Origin: Acidobacteriota bacterium
GTDB lineage: Bacteria; Acidobacteriota; UBA6911; RPQK01; JAJDTT01
Assembly: GCA_965217775.1 (NCBI GenBank)
Contig: CBDCJH010000002.1
Location: 4,416,001-4,480,000, forward strand
Length of the DNA: 64,000 nucleotides
Direction: 5' to 3'
Below the pieces are notes generated by a model, which searched no databases, had not been told where the DNA came from, and saw only the letters and a program-made list of their open reading frames with translations. The position numbers were made by a program, and so were the translations under genes. Below, in pieces: positions 47,050 to 56,093 of the stretch. The stretch's first letter is position 1, and each line of letters opens with the position of its first letter.

Positions 47050-48108
47050 CTATTCGACCAGCGTTCCCAGCGAGATCTGCAGCACCAGATAGACCACGTA
47101 AATGAGCAGCAGCGGGGCGCCATACCATCTCTGGAAGTAGCCCCTGGAGGAGGCCCGGAAGATGAAGATCCGGAACAGGACCAGAATCCCCAGCATGAAG
47201 GGGAGGTGGACGTAGAGGAGGATCTGGGGCAGCGAGGCTCCCGCCTCCACCACCGGCAAGGGGGCAGCAACGGCCGAAAAACCGACCACGAAGAGGACGT
47301 TGAGCACATCGGCGCCGATGATGTTGCCCACCAGCAACTCATTGTGCCCCCGGCGGATGCTGGTCATGCCGATCACCAGCTCCGGAAGCGAGGTCCCGAA
47401 GGCGACCAGCGTCGCGGCGATCACGACCTTGGGGATGAACCAGTGGTTCTCCGCCAACTCGATCACGCTGCAGATGAGGACCCGGCTGGAGAGCAGGACC
47501 AGGACCAGGCCGCCCAACACTCCGATCCAGAGCCGGAGCGTACCCTGGCTCACGTCACCCGCTTCGCTGCCCATCTGAGCCGCCAGCTCGGGATGGCCCC
47601 GGCTCCAGCGAACCGAATAAAAGAGATAGGCTCCCAGCAGCAACACGAAGACGAGGCCCATCGATCGGCCGATGACGGCCTCGTTTCCCGCGATCCTGTA
47701 GACGCCCCAGCAAACGAGCACCAGAAACAGACCGGAGCCGAACTGTACCCAACCCTGGCGGTTGAGGATGAACCGGTCTGCCGGCAGCCGGGACAGAAGG
47801 CACCCGAGGCCGAAGATCAGGCCCGAGTCGACGATGATGGAGCCGACGGCGTTTCCCAGGGCCAAACCGGGCTCGCCGGACCAGGCCGCCACCACCGAGA
47901 CCGCGCACTCGGGACTGGTGGTCCCGAGAGAAACGATGGTCGCTCCCACCACGATCTTGGGGACACCCAGCCCTTGGGCGATCCCCGAGGCGCCCTCCAC
48001 CACCAGGTCGGCCGCCTTGACCACCACGGCTACGGCCGCAGCCAAGAGCAGCAGCAGCGCCCACTGGGGCAGACCGGAGAACCACGCTTCGGGAATCAGG
48101 TATTCCAA
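47050..48108 (-). CDS. Calcium/sodium antiporter (CaCA, YrbG-like)
   Basis: GTTSPE / GTSLPE alpha repeats, GNAVGS, GNIIG. Confidence 0.9.
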   Translation of the reverse strand: MEYLIPEAWFSGLPQWALLLLLAAAVAVVVKAADLVVEGASGIAQGLGVPKIVVGATIVSLGTTSPECAVSVVAAWSGEPGLALGNAVGSIIVDSGLIFGLGCLLSRLPADRFILNRQGWVQFGSGLFLVLVCWGVYRIAGNEAVIGRSMGLVFVLLLGAYLFYSVRWSRGHPELAAQMGSEAGDVSQGTLRLWIGVLGGLVLVLLSSRVLICSVIELAENHWFIPKVVIAATLVAFGTSLPELVIGMTSIRRGHNELLVGNIIGADVLNVLFVVGFSAVAAPLPVVEAGASLPQILLYVHLPFMLGILVLFRIFIFRASSRGYFQRWYGAPLLLIYVVYLVLQISLGTLVE

Positions 48109-48121
48109 ATTGCCGCTCCTA

Positions 48122-48281
48122 GGAGTCTGCGCCGTAGAAATGATCGTAGCGAGAAAGTGGGGAATCGAGGCCAGATTTTCTCGATTTGGAGGTGCATAGT
48201 CGTTCTATTCGCCGAGAAATTGAGGAAATATGGACCGATTCACCGCTTTCGCAGTAGATCAATTTCTGCGGCGCAGGCTCC
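48122..48281. mobile_element. MITE-2 (160 bp)
   Basis: TIR GGAGTCTGCGCCGTAGAAAT / ATTTCTGCGGCGCAGGCTCC with TA flanks; near-identical to 59654-59813. Confidence 0.88.
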
Positions 48282-48495
48282 TAAGTCACAGTCTGCCTCT
48301 GTAAACCGCCCTATGTTCCAGTTCCGGGGCCCGAAACTCAAGCGGAAGTTCCCGGACGTTCCCGGCGTCATCTGCTTGCCGATGACGGCCAGCCGTGACC
48401 CGCGGGTCCGGAACGGTCTCCCGGCGAGTGAGAGGGCATCGTAGTAGACTGAACAGAGACATCGCCGCACCGTTCGAGGGAGGAGAAAACGGGCC

Positions 48496-49815
48496 ATGAA
48501 GGAGCAATCGAATCGACGGGCATTCCTGAAGCGCCTGGGAATGGGAAGCCTGGCCGCAGCCGCGGCTCCGGCGATCATCCGGGCGAGGTCTTCCCACGCA
48601 CGGCTCCGCCTGGCCGGCGTCGGCGTGGGCGGAAAAGGTTGGACCGACCTGGGCGAGTCTGCCCTGGGCCACGACGTGGTCGCCATCTGCGACGTCGACG
48701 AGCATCGGCTGGAACGGGCCGCGCAGCGTTATCCCGGCGCCAGAAAATACACGGACTGGCGCAAGCTCCTGGAGCAGAAGGACATCGACGCCCTGACCAT
48801 CTCCACCCCCGACCACATGCACGCACCGATCTCGCTTCAAGCGATGTCCCTGGGCAAGCATGTGTACACGCAGAAGCCCCTGACCCACTCCATCTACGAG
48901 GCGCGCGCCCTCACCCGTTTAGCCAAGGAGAAGGGCGTCGTGACCCAGATGGGCATCCAGCATCACTCCCTGGCCCCCTTGAGGACGGGCGTCCAGGCGA
49001 TCCGGGACGGGGTCATCGGAAAGGTCCGGGAAGCGCACGTCTGGACCAACCGTCCCGGGACCTACTGGAGACAGGAAATGCCACGGCCCTCCCGGACCGA
49101 TCCGGTGCCCGATCACGTCCACTGGGATCTGTGGCTGGGCGTGGCTCCCGAAAGGCCGTATGTGGACGGAGACGTCTACCATCCCTTTCACTGGCGGGGC
49201 TGGTGGGATTTCGGCACCGGCGCTCTGGGAGACATGGGCTGCCACCTGATCGACCCTGCCATCAACGCCCTGGAGTTGGGGCCACCGATCACCATCTGGG
49301 CGGAGGGCACCGATCCGCTGCCCGAGAGCGCTCCCCGCTGGTCCATCGTCCACTACGAGTTTCCGGGCACCCGGCACACGACGCCGACCCTGCCCCTGAC
49401 CTGGTACGAAGCGGGGATGCGGCCGCCTCGCCAGCTCTACGGCGCCCCCGATGACTGGCCCGGTTGGACCAACGGGAATCTGCTGATCGGTGAGAAGGGG
49501 AACCTGCTGATGGCCGGGGGGCAACGTCCGATCTTGTTCCCCGTAGAACGTTTCGCCGACTACGTCTTCCCCACCCAGCCGGACGAGAGTCACTATTCCC
49601 AGTGGACCAACGCCATCCTGGGGAAGGACACGGCTTCGACCGAATTCTCGTATTCGGGACCATTGACGGAAACGGTGCTGTTGGGGAACGCGGCCTTCAG
49701 GACCGGGAAGAAATTGAAGTGGGACAGCGCCAATCTGAAGGCGACCGGAGTCCCCGAGGCCGACCAGTACCTGCGCCGTCCCTACCGCAAGGGTTGGGCA
49801 ACGGAAGGTCTCTGA
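48496..49815 (+). CDS. Tat-exported Gfo/Idh/MocA oxidoreductase
   Basis: NRRAFLK; STPDHMH, YTQKP, GDMGCH. Confidence 0.92.
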   Translation: MKEQSNRRAFLKRLGMGSLAAAAAPAIIRARSSHARLRLAGVGVGGKGWTDLGESALGHDVVAICDVDEHRLERAAQRYPGARKYTDWRKLLEQKDIDALTISTPDHMHAPISLQAMSLGKHVYTQKPLTHSIYEARALTRLAKEKGVVTQMGIQHHSLAPLRTGVQAIRDGVIGKVREAHVWTNRPGTYWRQEMPRPSRTDPVPDHVHWDLWLGVAPERPYVDGDVYHPFHWRGWWDFGTGALGDMGCHLIDPAINALELGPPITIWAEGTDPLPESAPRWSIVHYEFPGTRHTTPTLPLTWYEAGMRPPRQLYGAPDDWPGWTNGNLLIGEKGNLLMAGGQRPILFPVERFADYVFPTQPDESHYSQWTNAILGKDTASTEFSYSGPLTETVLLGNAAFRTGKKLKWDSANLKATGVPEADQYLRRPYRKGWATEGL

Positions 49816-49828
49816 TCTTCGCCCCGAC

Positions 49829-50371
49829 TCACCCGGCCGAAAACGATTCGTTCCTCTTCAGCCGTTCGACCTGGTCGTAGTGGCGGTCGGTGTGGAACCG
49901 GAGGAATTCCAGCCGCTGGCAGGCGTCCAGGGGTCCCGACAGGTAGTGCAGATCCAGGACCTGGGACGGGTCCAAGCCGGACAAGACCTGGGGGATACGC
50001 TCCAACGTGGTCTGGCAAGCTTCGTAGCGGGCGATCCAATAGGACAGGGGACCCTCCCCCACCGGGTCGGTCTCGGCCATGGCCTTCTCCTTGGGCTTCC
50101 AGGTCCTGGCGATCACGTCCTCGATGGGCAGGCCGCGGTGCACCGCCTCGCCGACCCGTAAGGGAGCGCCCCGGCGCAACGCTTCGGCTGCCAGCCAGAT
50201 CCGCTGAACTCCCCGTTGCTCCGAGAGGACCAGGTGCTCGATGTGCGCCTGGACCGACCATCCTCCCGCCGCCTTGAAGGCGGCCTGCGCCGCAGTCAAT
50301 CCCCGGTTGGCGCCGATGATCCGGCGCCGCGCGGCATCCGCCGCCTCGATTCGCTCAAGAATCCGATCCAT
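49829..50371 (-). CDS. DinB family protein
   Basis: WSVQAHIEHL, HTDRHYDQ. Confidence 0.8.
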   Translation of the reverse strand: MDRILERIEAADAARRRIIGANRGLTAAQAAFKAAGGWSVQAHIEHLVLSEQRGVQRIWLAAEALRRGAPLRVGEAVHRGLPIEDVIARTWKPKEKAMAETDPVGEGPLSYWIARYEACQTTLERIPQVLSGLDPSQVLDLHYLSGPLDACQRLEFLRFHTDRHYDQVERLKRNESFSAG

Positions 50372-50405
50372 GATTCACCTCGATCTGAACGGGAGAGAAC
50401 CGGTA

Positions 50406-51494
50406 TCAGCCGCCGGCGTTCCCCAATTCCTCCAGCAGACCCTTCATCAACAGCGGCCAGACCAGGGTCGCGTCGGCGTGGACCTCGGCGTAGCGGCCGC
50501 CCTCCTCGGGGGAGACGAATTTACCCCAGCTGACCCCTTCCGTATAGCTGCAGCCCGAGAGCCCGCCCCAATGATCCGGTTCCGGACAGATGCGGACGCC
50601 ATAGCGAAAACGGGGTGGCGGATGGCGGATCCCCAAGCGGTTCGCGGCCACCTCGAAGTAGGGACCCACCTGCTGCGCCCAGTTGCGGGGGACTCCGCCG
50701 CCGATGGTGAAGATCCCCAACCGTGGCGCGGCGGCGGCGAACCGGGCGTACTCCTGCAGGTCCAGGAACGGATTGAAGGGAGGAACCGCCCGGAAGATCT
50801 CATCCGGTTCGGCCAGTTCCCGGCCCTCCGGTGTGGCCCGCGTCTCCCTTTCCATGGCCCAGTTGGCCAGATCGAGGCCGATCTCGCTGTCGGTGAAGGC
50901 GGGAATGAACACCGGGACGCCGCGGCGGAAGGCGCTGCTGAGAATGCCCGGCCCCTGGTCGGCCCGGCTCAGTTGCCGGCCCAGAGCCCGGCAGAGGCCG
51001 GCAGACGACCAGATTCCGCCTTCCGGCTCCTCCCGGCTCAGGACCGAATGCAGCAGGTCCTCCACGTCGTCCAGGTTGCGCTCCATCTCCAGAGTGTCGT
51101 AGATCCGGTTGTAGCCCCGGCGGTAGAGGAACTCGTCGGAATGGCGACTCTCGTAGCGATAGTGGACGAGTCCCAGCGACTCGGTGAGCCCGTGGGCGAT
51201 GAGAGCTCCGGTGGCGACCACGGCGTCCACCCAACCCCGGTCCAGCATGCGGCAGATGATCTGTCCCTGCTTGGCCACGGTCATGGCCCCGGAGACGGTC
51301 AGGACAACGCGGCACGGCTCATCCCGGATCATCTCCAGGAGGACCTCGAAGGCCTCTCCCAGGTTCCGCCCACCGAAGGCCGTCCTGGACATGGCCCGAA
51401 GCAGCTCGGAAAAGGTGTCGATCTCCTCTATTGGAAGGCTTTCGATGGGGTCCAGGCCATCGGATCGGCCGTCGCTGCGCCGTCGGCTGCCCAT
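50406..51494 (-). CDS. Deoxyhypusine synthase-like protein
   Basis: SGAM, TGA, NRIYD, PAFTDS, GGGVPRN, GGLSG, SWGK, DAT. Confidence 0.88.
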   Translation of the reverse strand: MGSRRRSDGRSDGLDPIESLPIEEIDTFSELLRAMSRTAFGGRNLGEAFEVLLEMIRDEPCRVVLTVSGAMTVAKQGQIICRMLDRGWVDAVVATGALIAHGLTESLGLVHYRYESRHSDEFLYRRGYNRIYDTLEMERNLDDVEDLLHSVLSREEPEGGIWSSAGLCRALGRQLSRADQGPGILSSAFRRGVPVFIPAFTDSEIGLDLANWAMERETRATPEGRELAEPDEIFRAVPPFNPFLDLQEYARFAAAAPRLGIFTIGGGVPRNWAQQVGPYFEVAANRLGIRHPPPRFRYGVRICPEPDHWGGLSGCSYTEGVSWGKFVSPEEGGRYAEVHADATLVWPLLMKGLLEELGNAGG

Positions 51495-51526
51495 GGTTCA
51501 GGCAAGTCTACCAGGAGCGAAAAATC

Positions 51527-51551
51527 GTAGGGGCGACCCTCGTGGTCGCTC
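51527..51551. repeat. GTAG REP family A
   Basis: gtaggggcgaccctcgtggtcgctc. Confidence 0.75.
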
Positions 51552-51701
51552 GTTGCCGATGTCGTGCAATAGCCGGTGTGGGACTGGCGAATTGGGGCTC
51601 GGCCGTTGGGGAGAGACAACCATGGGTGGAGACGGTACCATGAGGCCAGTGCGGGAGACGGTTGCCGCCTTTTCTGTTTATTCCAACTGGAGGTTCCTCC
51701 C

Positions 51702-52664
51702 ATGCCCTCATTAAAAGTTCCATTCCTGCCGCTGACTCTGGTGACGGTGCTCCTCACCTCTTCCCTGCCGGCGGCTGCCGACAAGATCAAGAAACCTCTG
51801 ACCCCGCGACAGGTCATGGAGCATCTGGAGGGACCCATCTTCTCCCTGGTGCTGCCCTTCGACGCGGAGGGAAACGTGGATCACGCCGCCATTCGGAAGA
51901 TGATCTCCAACGCCATGAAATACGGCGTCCGGATCTTCAACATGACGGGCGGGAACACCAAATACGACTGGATCTCCTACGACGAGATCAAGGCCGTGAC
52001 CCGGACCTTCGTGGAAGCGGTGGGCGATCACGGCATCAGCATCGTCTGCACCAACAACTTCTGGAATTCCCGGTTGATCGACTACCTCCGCTACGCCGAA
52101 GGGTTGGGTGCCGACGCCGTCGAGGTGCTGGCGCCGAGGATGGCGGAAGAGGATATCGTCGAGTACTTCCGGACCGCTGCCGCCAACACCCGGATGGCCA
52201 TCTCGGTCAAGAACGTCGGGCTCAAGGACAAGACCTGGCGCAAGCTCCTGGAGCTCGACTCCGTGGTGGCCATGAAGGAGCACGACATCCGGGAGTACAT
52301 CTTCCTGGAAGCCAAATTCGCAGACCGGCTCCGCGTCTACAGCGGCGGCAGCATCTACCGCTTCCTGGCCGCGGCTCCCTACGGCGCCAAGACCTACTTC
52401 GACATCTACGCCATCATCGCCCCCTGGATCGCCAAGGAGTTCTGGGAGGCCTTCCAAGCCGGGAACATGGAAAAATGCTACGAGATGTCGAAGAAGTACG
52501 ACGTCCCCATCATCGAGGCCTTCAGCCTCCCCTTCTTCCACGGCGCCCTGGAGTACTTCGGGCTCGCCAAGCGGCATCTCCGGGCTCCCATGAAATCCTA
52601 CACTGATGAGCAGATGGGTGAAGTGAAGGCGTTTTTCGAGTCTCTCGGCCTGTTCCCCCGGTAG
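51702..52664 (+). CDS. Dihydrodipicolinate synthase (DapA-like) family protein with signal peptide
   Basis: LPFDAEGNVD, AEGLGADAV, VAMKE; GGAGG RBS. Confidence 0.75.
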   Translation: MPSLKVPFLPLTLVTVLLTSSLPAAADKIKKPLTPRQVMEHLEGPIFSLVLPFDAEGNVDHAAIRKMISNAMKYGVRIFNMTGGNTKYDWISYDEIKAVTRTFVEAVGDHGISIVCTNNFWNSRLIDYLRYAEGLGADAVEVLAPRMAEEDIVEYFRTAAANTRMAISVKNVGLKDKTWRKLLELDSVVAMKEHDIREYIFLEAKFADRLRVYSGGSIYRFLAAAPYGAKTYFDIYAIIAPWIAKEFWEAFQAGNMEKCYEMSKKYDVPIIEAFSLPFFHGALEYFGLAKRHLRAPMKSYTDEQMGEVKAFFESLGLFPR

Positions 52665-52670
52665 AGTCAT

Positions 52671-52697
52671 GAGGGTGCCCACAAGGGGCGCCCCTAC
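52671..52697. repeat. GTAG REP family A
   Basis: gagggtgcccacaaggggcgcccctac. Confidence 0.8.
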
Positions 52698-52787
52698 GTC
52701 TTTTTCACCGGTGATAGATAGTAGGACGCCTCGAAGGATGGGACGTAGGCAATCCCTGAATGCCGCCTTCCCGACGCTTCAGGTAGA

Positions 52788-53045
52788 TCACCAGGTTTCA
52801 TCATTCCAATTCGTTCCAGCGACATCCAATTGGGCTGCCACGCGCTTCTGGTACCGACTCAACTCGGGCTCCGAGAACAAATCATCCAGACGGCGGGTCA
52901 CTTCGGCGTCCTGCTGAGCCCGGACGGATTCCCGCAGAACCCGCGTCACGAATCGATCCCGGGACTCCCCGCGCATCCGGGCGGCGTGGTCGACTTCCAG
53001 GAGCAGGTCCCCTGGAACGGCAATCTCGATCTTCATTAGACGCAT
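52788..53045 (-). CDS. Ribbon-helix-helix (CopG-like) antitoxin, orphan
   Basis: MKIEIAVPGDLLLEVDHAARMRGESRDRFV; C-terminal DETW. Confidence 0.65.
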   Translation of the reverse strand: MRLMKIEIAVPGDLLLEVDHAARMRGESRDRFVTRVLRESVRAQQDAEVTRRLDDLFSEPELSRYQKRVAAQLDVAGTNWNDETW

Positions 53046-53065
53046 TTGGGACTCCCTTTCTATAA

Positions 53066-53223
53066 CAGCCCGTGGCAAAAGTCGTCACGGCATTCGACCG
53101 TCCCTGCATCCCGGCGGACTGCGTTGCTATCGGCTCACATACTCCCGGTATGCTCCCTCATCGCGCCTTGTCCGGCGGGCGCAGGACCGGTCTCGGTGCT
53201 CGTGAGACTTTCACCACGGACTG
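53066..53223. mobile_element. MITE-1 (158 bp)
   Basis: Same TIRs; perfect 4-bp target duplication ATAA/ATAA. Confidence 0.88.
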
Positions 53224-53357
53224 ATAACAACTTCAAATCTATCAGGGTCTCGGCGAGGTTGCCGATCCCTTCCGGATACGAACATTGCAGAGCGGCGACG
53301 ACTCTTGCTGCGGGCTGGTATTATTGCCGCTCGGACCCCAATACCGGAGTATCGACC

Positions 53358-53834
53358 ATGCCTCCTTGTTCCACTTTTCTGAAGGCTCCTCTGGTTTTCC
53401 TGCTGTCGGCGGCTGGTCTGGGTTGCGGCGGCGGGGACGCCGCGACCGAGGCGGAGCAGACGGCTCGCGAAGAGGCATTCCGGCAATCCATGTCGGGAGT
53501 CGTGCTGGAAGGATTCTTCACCGTCGGCGACGGCGCGGAACTGCGGAAGGAAAGGTACGAGATCGCCAAGGTCTCGAAGCTGGGCGGAGATATCTGGGTG
53601 TTTCAAGCCCGGATCCAGTACGGGAGCCGGGACGTCACGGTGCCGGTGCCGGTGCGAATGGAATGGGCGGGCGATACGCCGGTCCTGAGCCTGACCGAGG
53701 TCGCCATCCCCGGACTGGGCACCTTCACCGCGCGGGTCCTCTTCTACGACGACCAGTACGTGGGCGTCTGGCGCCACGGAGAGGTCGGCGGGCTGCACTT
53801 CGGGCGGATTGTTCCCGACCCGAACTCGGAATAG
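53358..53834 (+). CDS. Hypothetical exported protein/lipoprotein
   Basis: Hydrophobic N-terminus with LGC lipobox-like sequence; WAGDTPV, IPGLGTF. Confidence 0.65.
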   Translation: MPPCSTFLKAPLVFLLSAAGLGCGGGDAATEAEQTAREEAFRQSMSGVVLEGFFTVGDGAELRKERYEIAKVSKLGGDIWVFQARIQYGSRDVTVPVPVRMEWAGDTPVLSLTEVAIPGLGTFTARVLFYDDQYVGVWRHGEVGGLHFGRIVPDPNSE

Positions 53835-53843
53835 GGTCACCCC

Positions 53844-54887
53844 ATGGCGAGACGGATCCGGGTGGCGGCCGGCAGCATCCGGGACCCCAGCGACGACATT
53901 CTGACCTTTGCGGCCCAACTGGGCTGTAGCGGCATCATTCTCAACACTCCCAACCTCAGCGGACGGCCTCCCTTCGGCTCCAGCCCCATCGGGTCCACAT
54001 ACTGGACGAAGCCGGGGGACGACGACGCCCCCACCCACTGGGACTACCTGGAGCTGTTGCAGTTGCGGACCCGGATCGAGTCGTACGGCCTGCGGCTGGA
54101 GGGCATCGAGAACACTCCCCTCCATTTCTACCAGCGGTGCATTCTGGGCCTTCCGGGCCGGGACCGGGAGATCGAGAACTACCAGGAGACAATCCGCAAT
54201 CTGGGGCGGGCGGGGATCCCCATATTGGGCTATCACTGGATGGCCAACAGCGTCTGGCGCACCTCCAAGAGCGAGCCGGCCCGGGGCGGCGCCCGGACCA
54301 GCGTCTACGACCACGAGTTGGGCCGAAGCGCTCCTTTAAGCTTCGACCGGGAATATTCCGAGGAGGAGCTCTGGGACAACTACGAGTACTTCATCCGGGC
54401 GGTCCTGCCCACCGCGCAGGAGGCGGGGGTCACCCTGGCGCTCCATCCCGACGATCCGCCGGTGGACTCTCTGGGAGGTGTGGCCCGGATCTTCCGGAAC
54501 CTCAAGGGATTCCAGCGAGCCATGGAAGCGATCGCCCCCGAACCCAACCACAAGCTGGACTTCTGCATGGGGACCTGGGCGGAGATGGGAGTGGATGAGA
54601 TGTTCGCCGGTCTGCGCTATTTCGGGGAGCGGCGCCGGATCGCGTACGTCCACTTTCGAAACGTCCGGGGAGCCGTGCCGTGCATCACCGAGACCTTCAT
54701 CGACGAGGGGGACGTGGACGTGGTGGAGGTGATGAAGCTGCTGGTGGAGATGGGGTTCGACGGTTTCATCATCGACGATCACGTCCCCGAGATGCCCGGC
54801 GACACCCTCTGGTCGCACCGGGGGCGCGCCTATGCCACCGGCTACATCAAGGGGCTGCTCCGCGCCGTCGAATCATTGACGGCGTGA
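53844..54887 (+). CDS. uxuA: Mannonate dehydratase
   Basis: LALHPDDPP, FCMG, VHFRNV, DHVP, GYIKGL. Confidence 0.88.
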   Translation: MARRIRVAAGSIRDPSDDILTFAAQLGCSGIILNTPNLSGRPPFGSSPIGSTYWTKPGDDDAPTHWDYLELLQLRTRIESYGLRLEGIENTPLHFYQRCILGLPGRDREIENYQETIRNLGRAGIPILGYHWMANSVWRTSKSEPARGGARTSVYDHELGRSAPLSFDREYSEEELWDNYEYFIRAVLPTAQEAGVTLALHPDDPPVDSLGGVARIFRNLKGFQRAMEAIAPEPNHKLDFCMGTWAEMGVDEMFAGLRYFGERRRIAYVHFRNVRGAVPCITETFIDEGDVDVVEVMKLLVEMGFDGFIIDDHVPEMPGDTLWSHRGRAYATGYIKGLLRAVESLTA

Positions 54888-54920
54888 CCGTCGTCCCGCC
54901 TGAAAACTGGGGGAAAAATT

Positions 54921-54947
54921 GTAGGGGCATCCCTTGTGGGGGCCCTC
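54921..54947. repeat. GTAG REP family A
   Basis: gtaggggcatcccttgtgggggccctc. Confidence 0.8.
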
Positions 54948-54973
54948 TTCCGTCTCATACGGAGCGACGCGTT

Positions 54974-56065
54974 TCAACTCTCCACAGCCGCGACGCGGCC
55001 GGTCCGTGCCGACTCGTAGATGGCCTCGATGATGGCCACCGCCTTTCGGGACTCGGGACCGTCCAACAGGAAACTGTCGTCTCCCTCCAGCCAGTCCACG
55101 AACCCGCGGATGTTCCCGGTATGGAGGCTGTAGTCGATGGCCATGGGATCGGCGGCTCCCCCGCCGCTGTGGGTCTCCTCGGAGAAACGCCGGCGCACAC
55201 CGTCGTCCCCGGCCTGCTCCTGGTCGAAGGCCCAGGTGACGAGCTCGTCTTCCAGCACTTCCGCGGTCCCGCCTCTCCCCGCCAACTGAAGTCGCTTCAG
55301 CGAACCGGGAAACATGGAGGTGGCCCCCAGGATCTGTCCCAGGGCGCCGCCGCGCAGCCGCAAGACGGCGACCGCCGTGTCCTCCACCTCGATCAGGTCC
55401 GGATCGTGACCCCGCTTGGCCGTGAAGGCGAAGATCTCCCGAACCGGATTGCCCCCCGGCGGCAGATCCGGGATGGCGGCCGAGGCCAGCCACTGGGCTG
55501 CGTCGACCCCGTGGATGGACTGGTTCATCATGGCGCCGCCGCCGTCCAGGGCCAGCGTCCCCTGCCAGCGATCCGGCGCGTAGTAGGCGTCGTCACGCCA
55601 CCAGGGCACGTAGGCGTTGACCACCGCCAAGTCGCCGAAGCGACCCTGGGCAGCGGCTCCGTGAACCACCCGCAGCACCGGGTTGAACCTCTGGGGAAAG
55701 ATGCCTCCCAACCGGATCCCGCTCTCCCGGGCCACCTGGATCATCCGGTCCACCCGCCGGACGCTGATCTCCAGGGGCTTCTCGCAAAGGACATGAATGC
55801 CGCGCCGGGCGCACGCCTCCAGCGGCTCCAGGTGAAACCCGCTGGGGGTGGCGATGGTGACGAATTCGGGACGGGCCTCGTCCAGGAGTTCTTCGTAATC
55901 CCGGTACCAGCGGCAGCCGAATCGGTCGGCGAAGGTCCGGCCCTTGGCCTCGGTCCGGCAGGAGCCGGCCACCAGATCCACATTCTGCAGATCGCCCATG
56001 GCCAGGGCATGGATGTCGGCGATGGCTCCGACGCCGATGATCGCCGCCCGGTAGGTCTTGCCCAT
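54974..56065 (-). CDS. Gfo/Idh/MocA oxidoreductase
   Basis: GVGAIA, LCEKP, GGGAMMNQSIHGVD. Confidence 0.92.
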   Translation of the reverse strand: MGKTYRAAIIGVGAIADIHALAMGDLQNVDLVAGSCRTEAKGRTFADRFGCRWYRDYEELLDEARPEFVTIATPSGFHLEPLEACARRGIHVLCEKPLEISVRRVDRMIQVARESGIRLGGIFPQRFNPVLRVVHGAAAQGRFGDLAVVNAYVPWWRDDAYYAPDRWQGTLALDGGGAMMNQSIHGVDAAQWLASAAIPDLPPGGNPVREIFAFTAKRGHDPDLIEVEDTAVAVLRLRGGALGQILGATSMFPGSLKRLQLAGRGGTAEVLEDELVTWAFDQEQAGDDGVRRRFSEETHSGGGAADPMAIDYSLHTGNIRGFVDWLEGDDSFLLDGPESRKAVAIIEAIYESARTGRVAAVES

Positions 56066-56093
56066 GTCTCCTGGCTCCTGCGGAAAGTGATGG

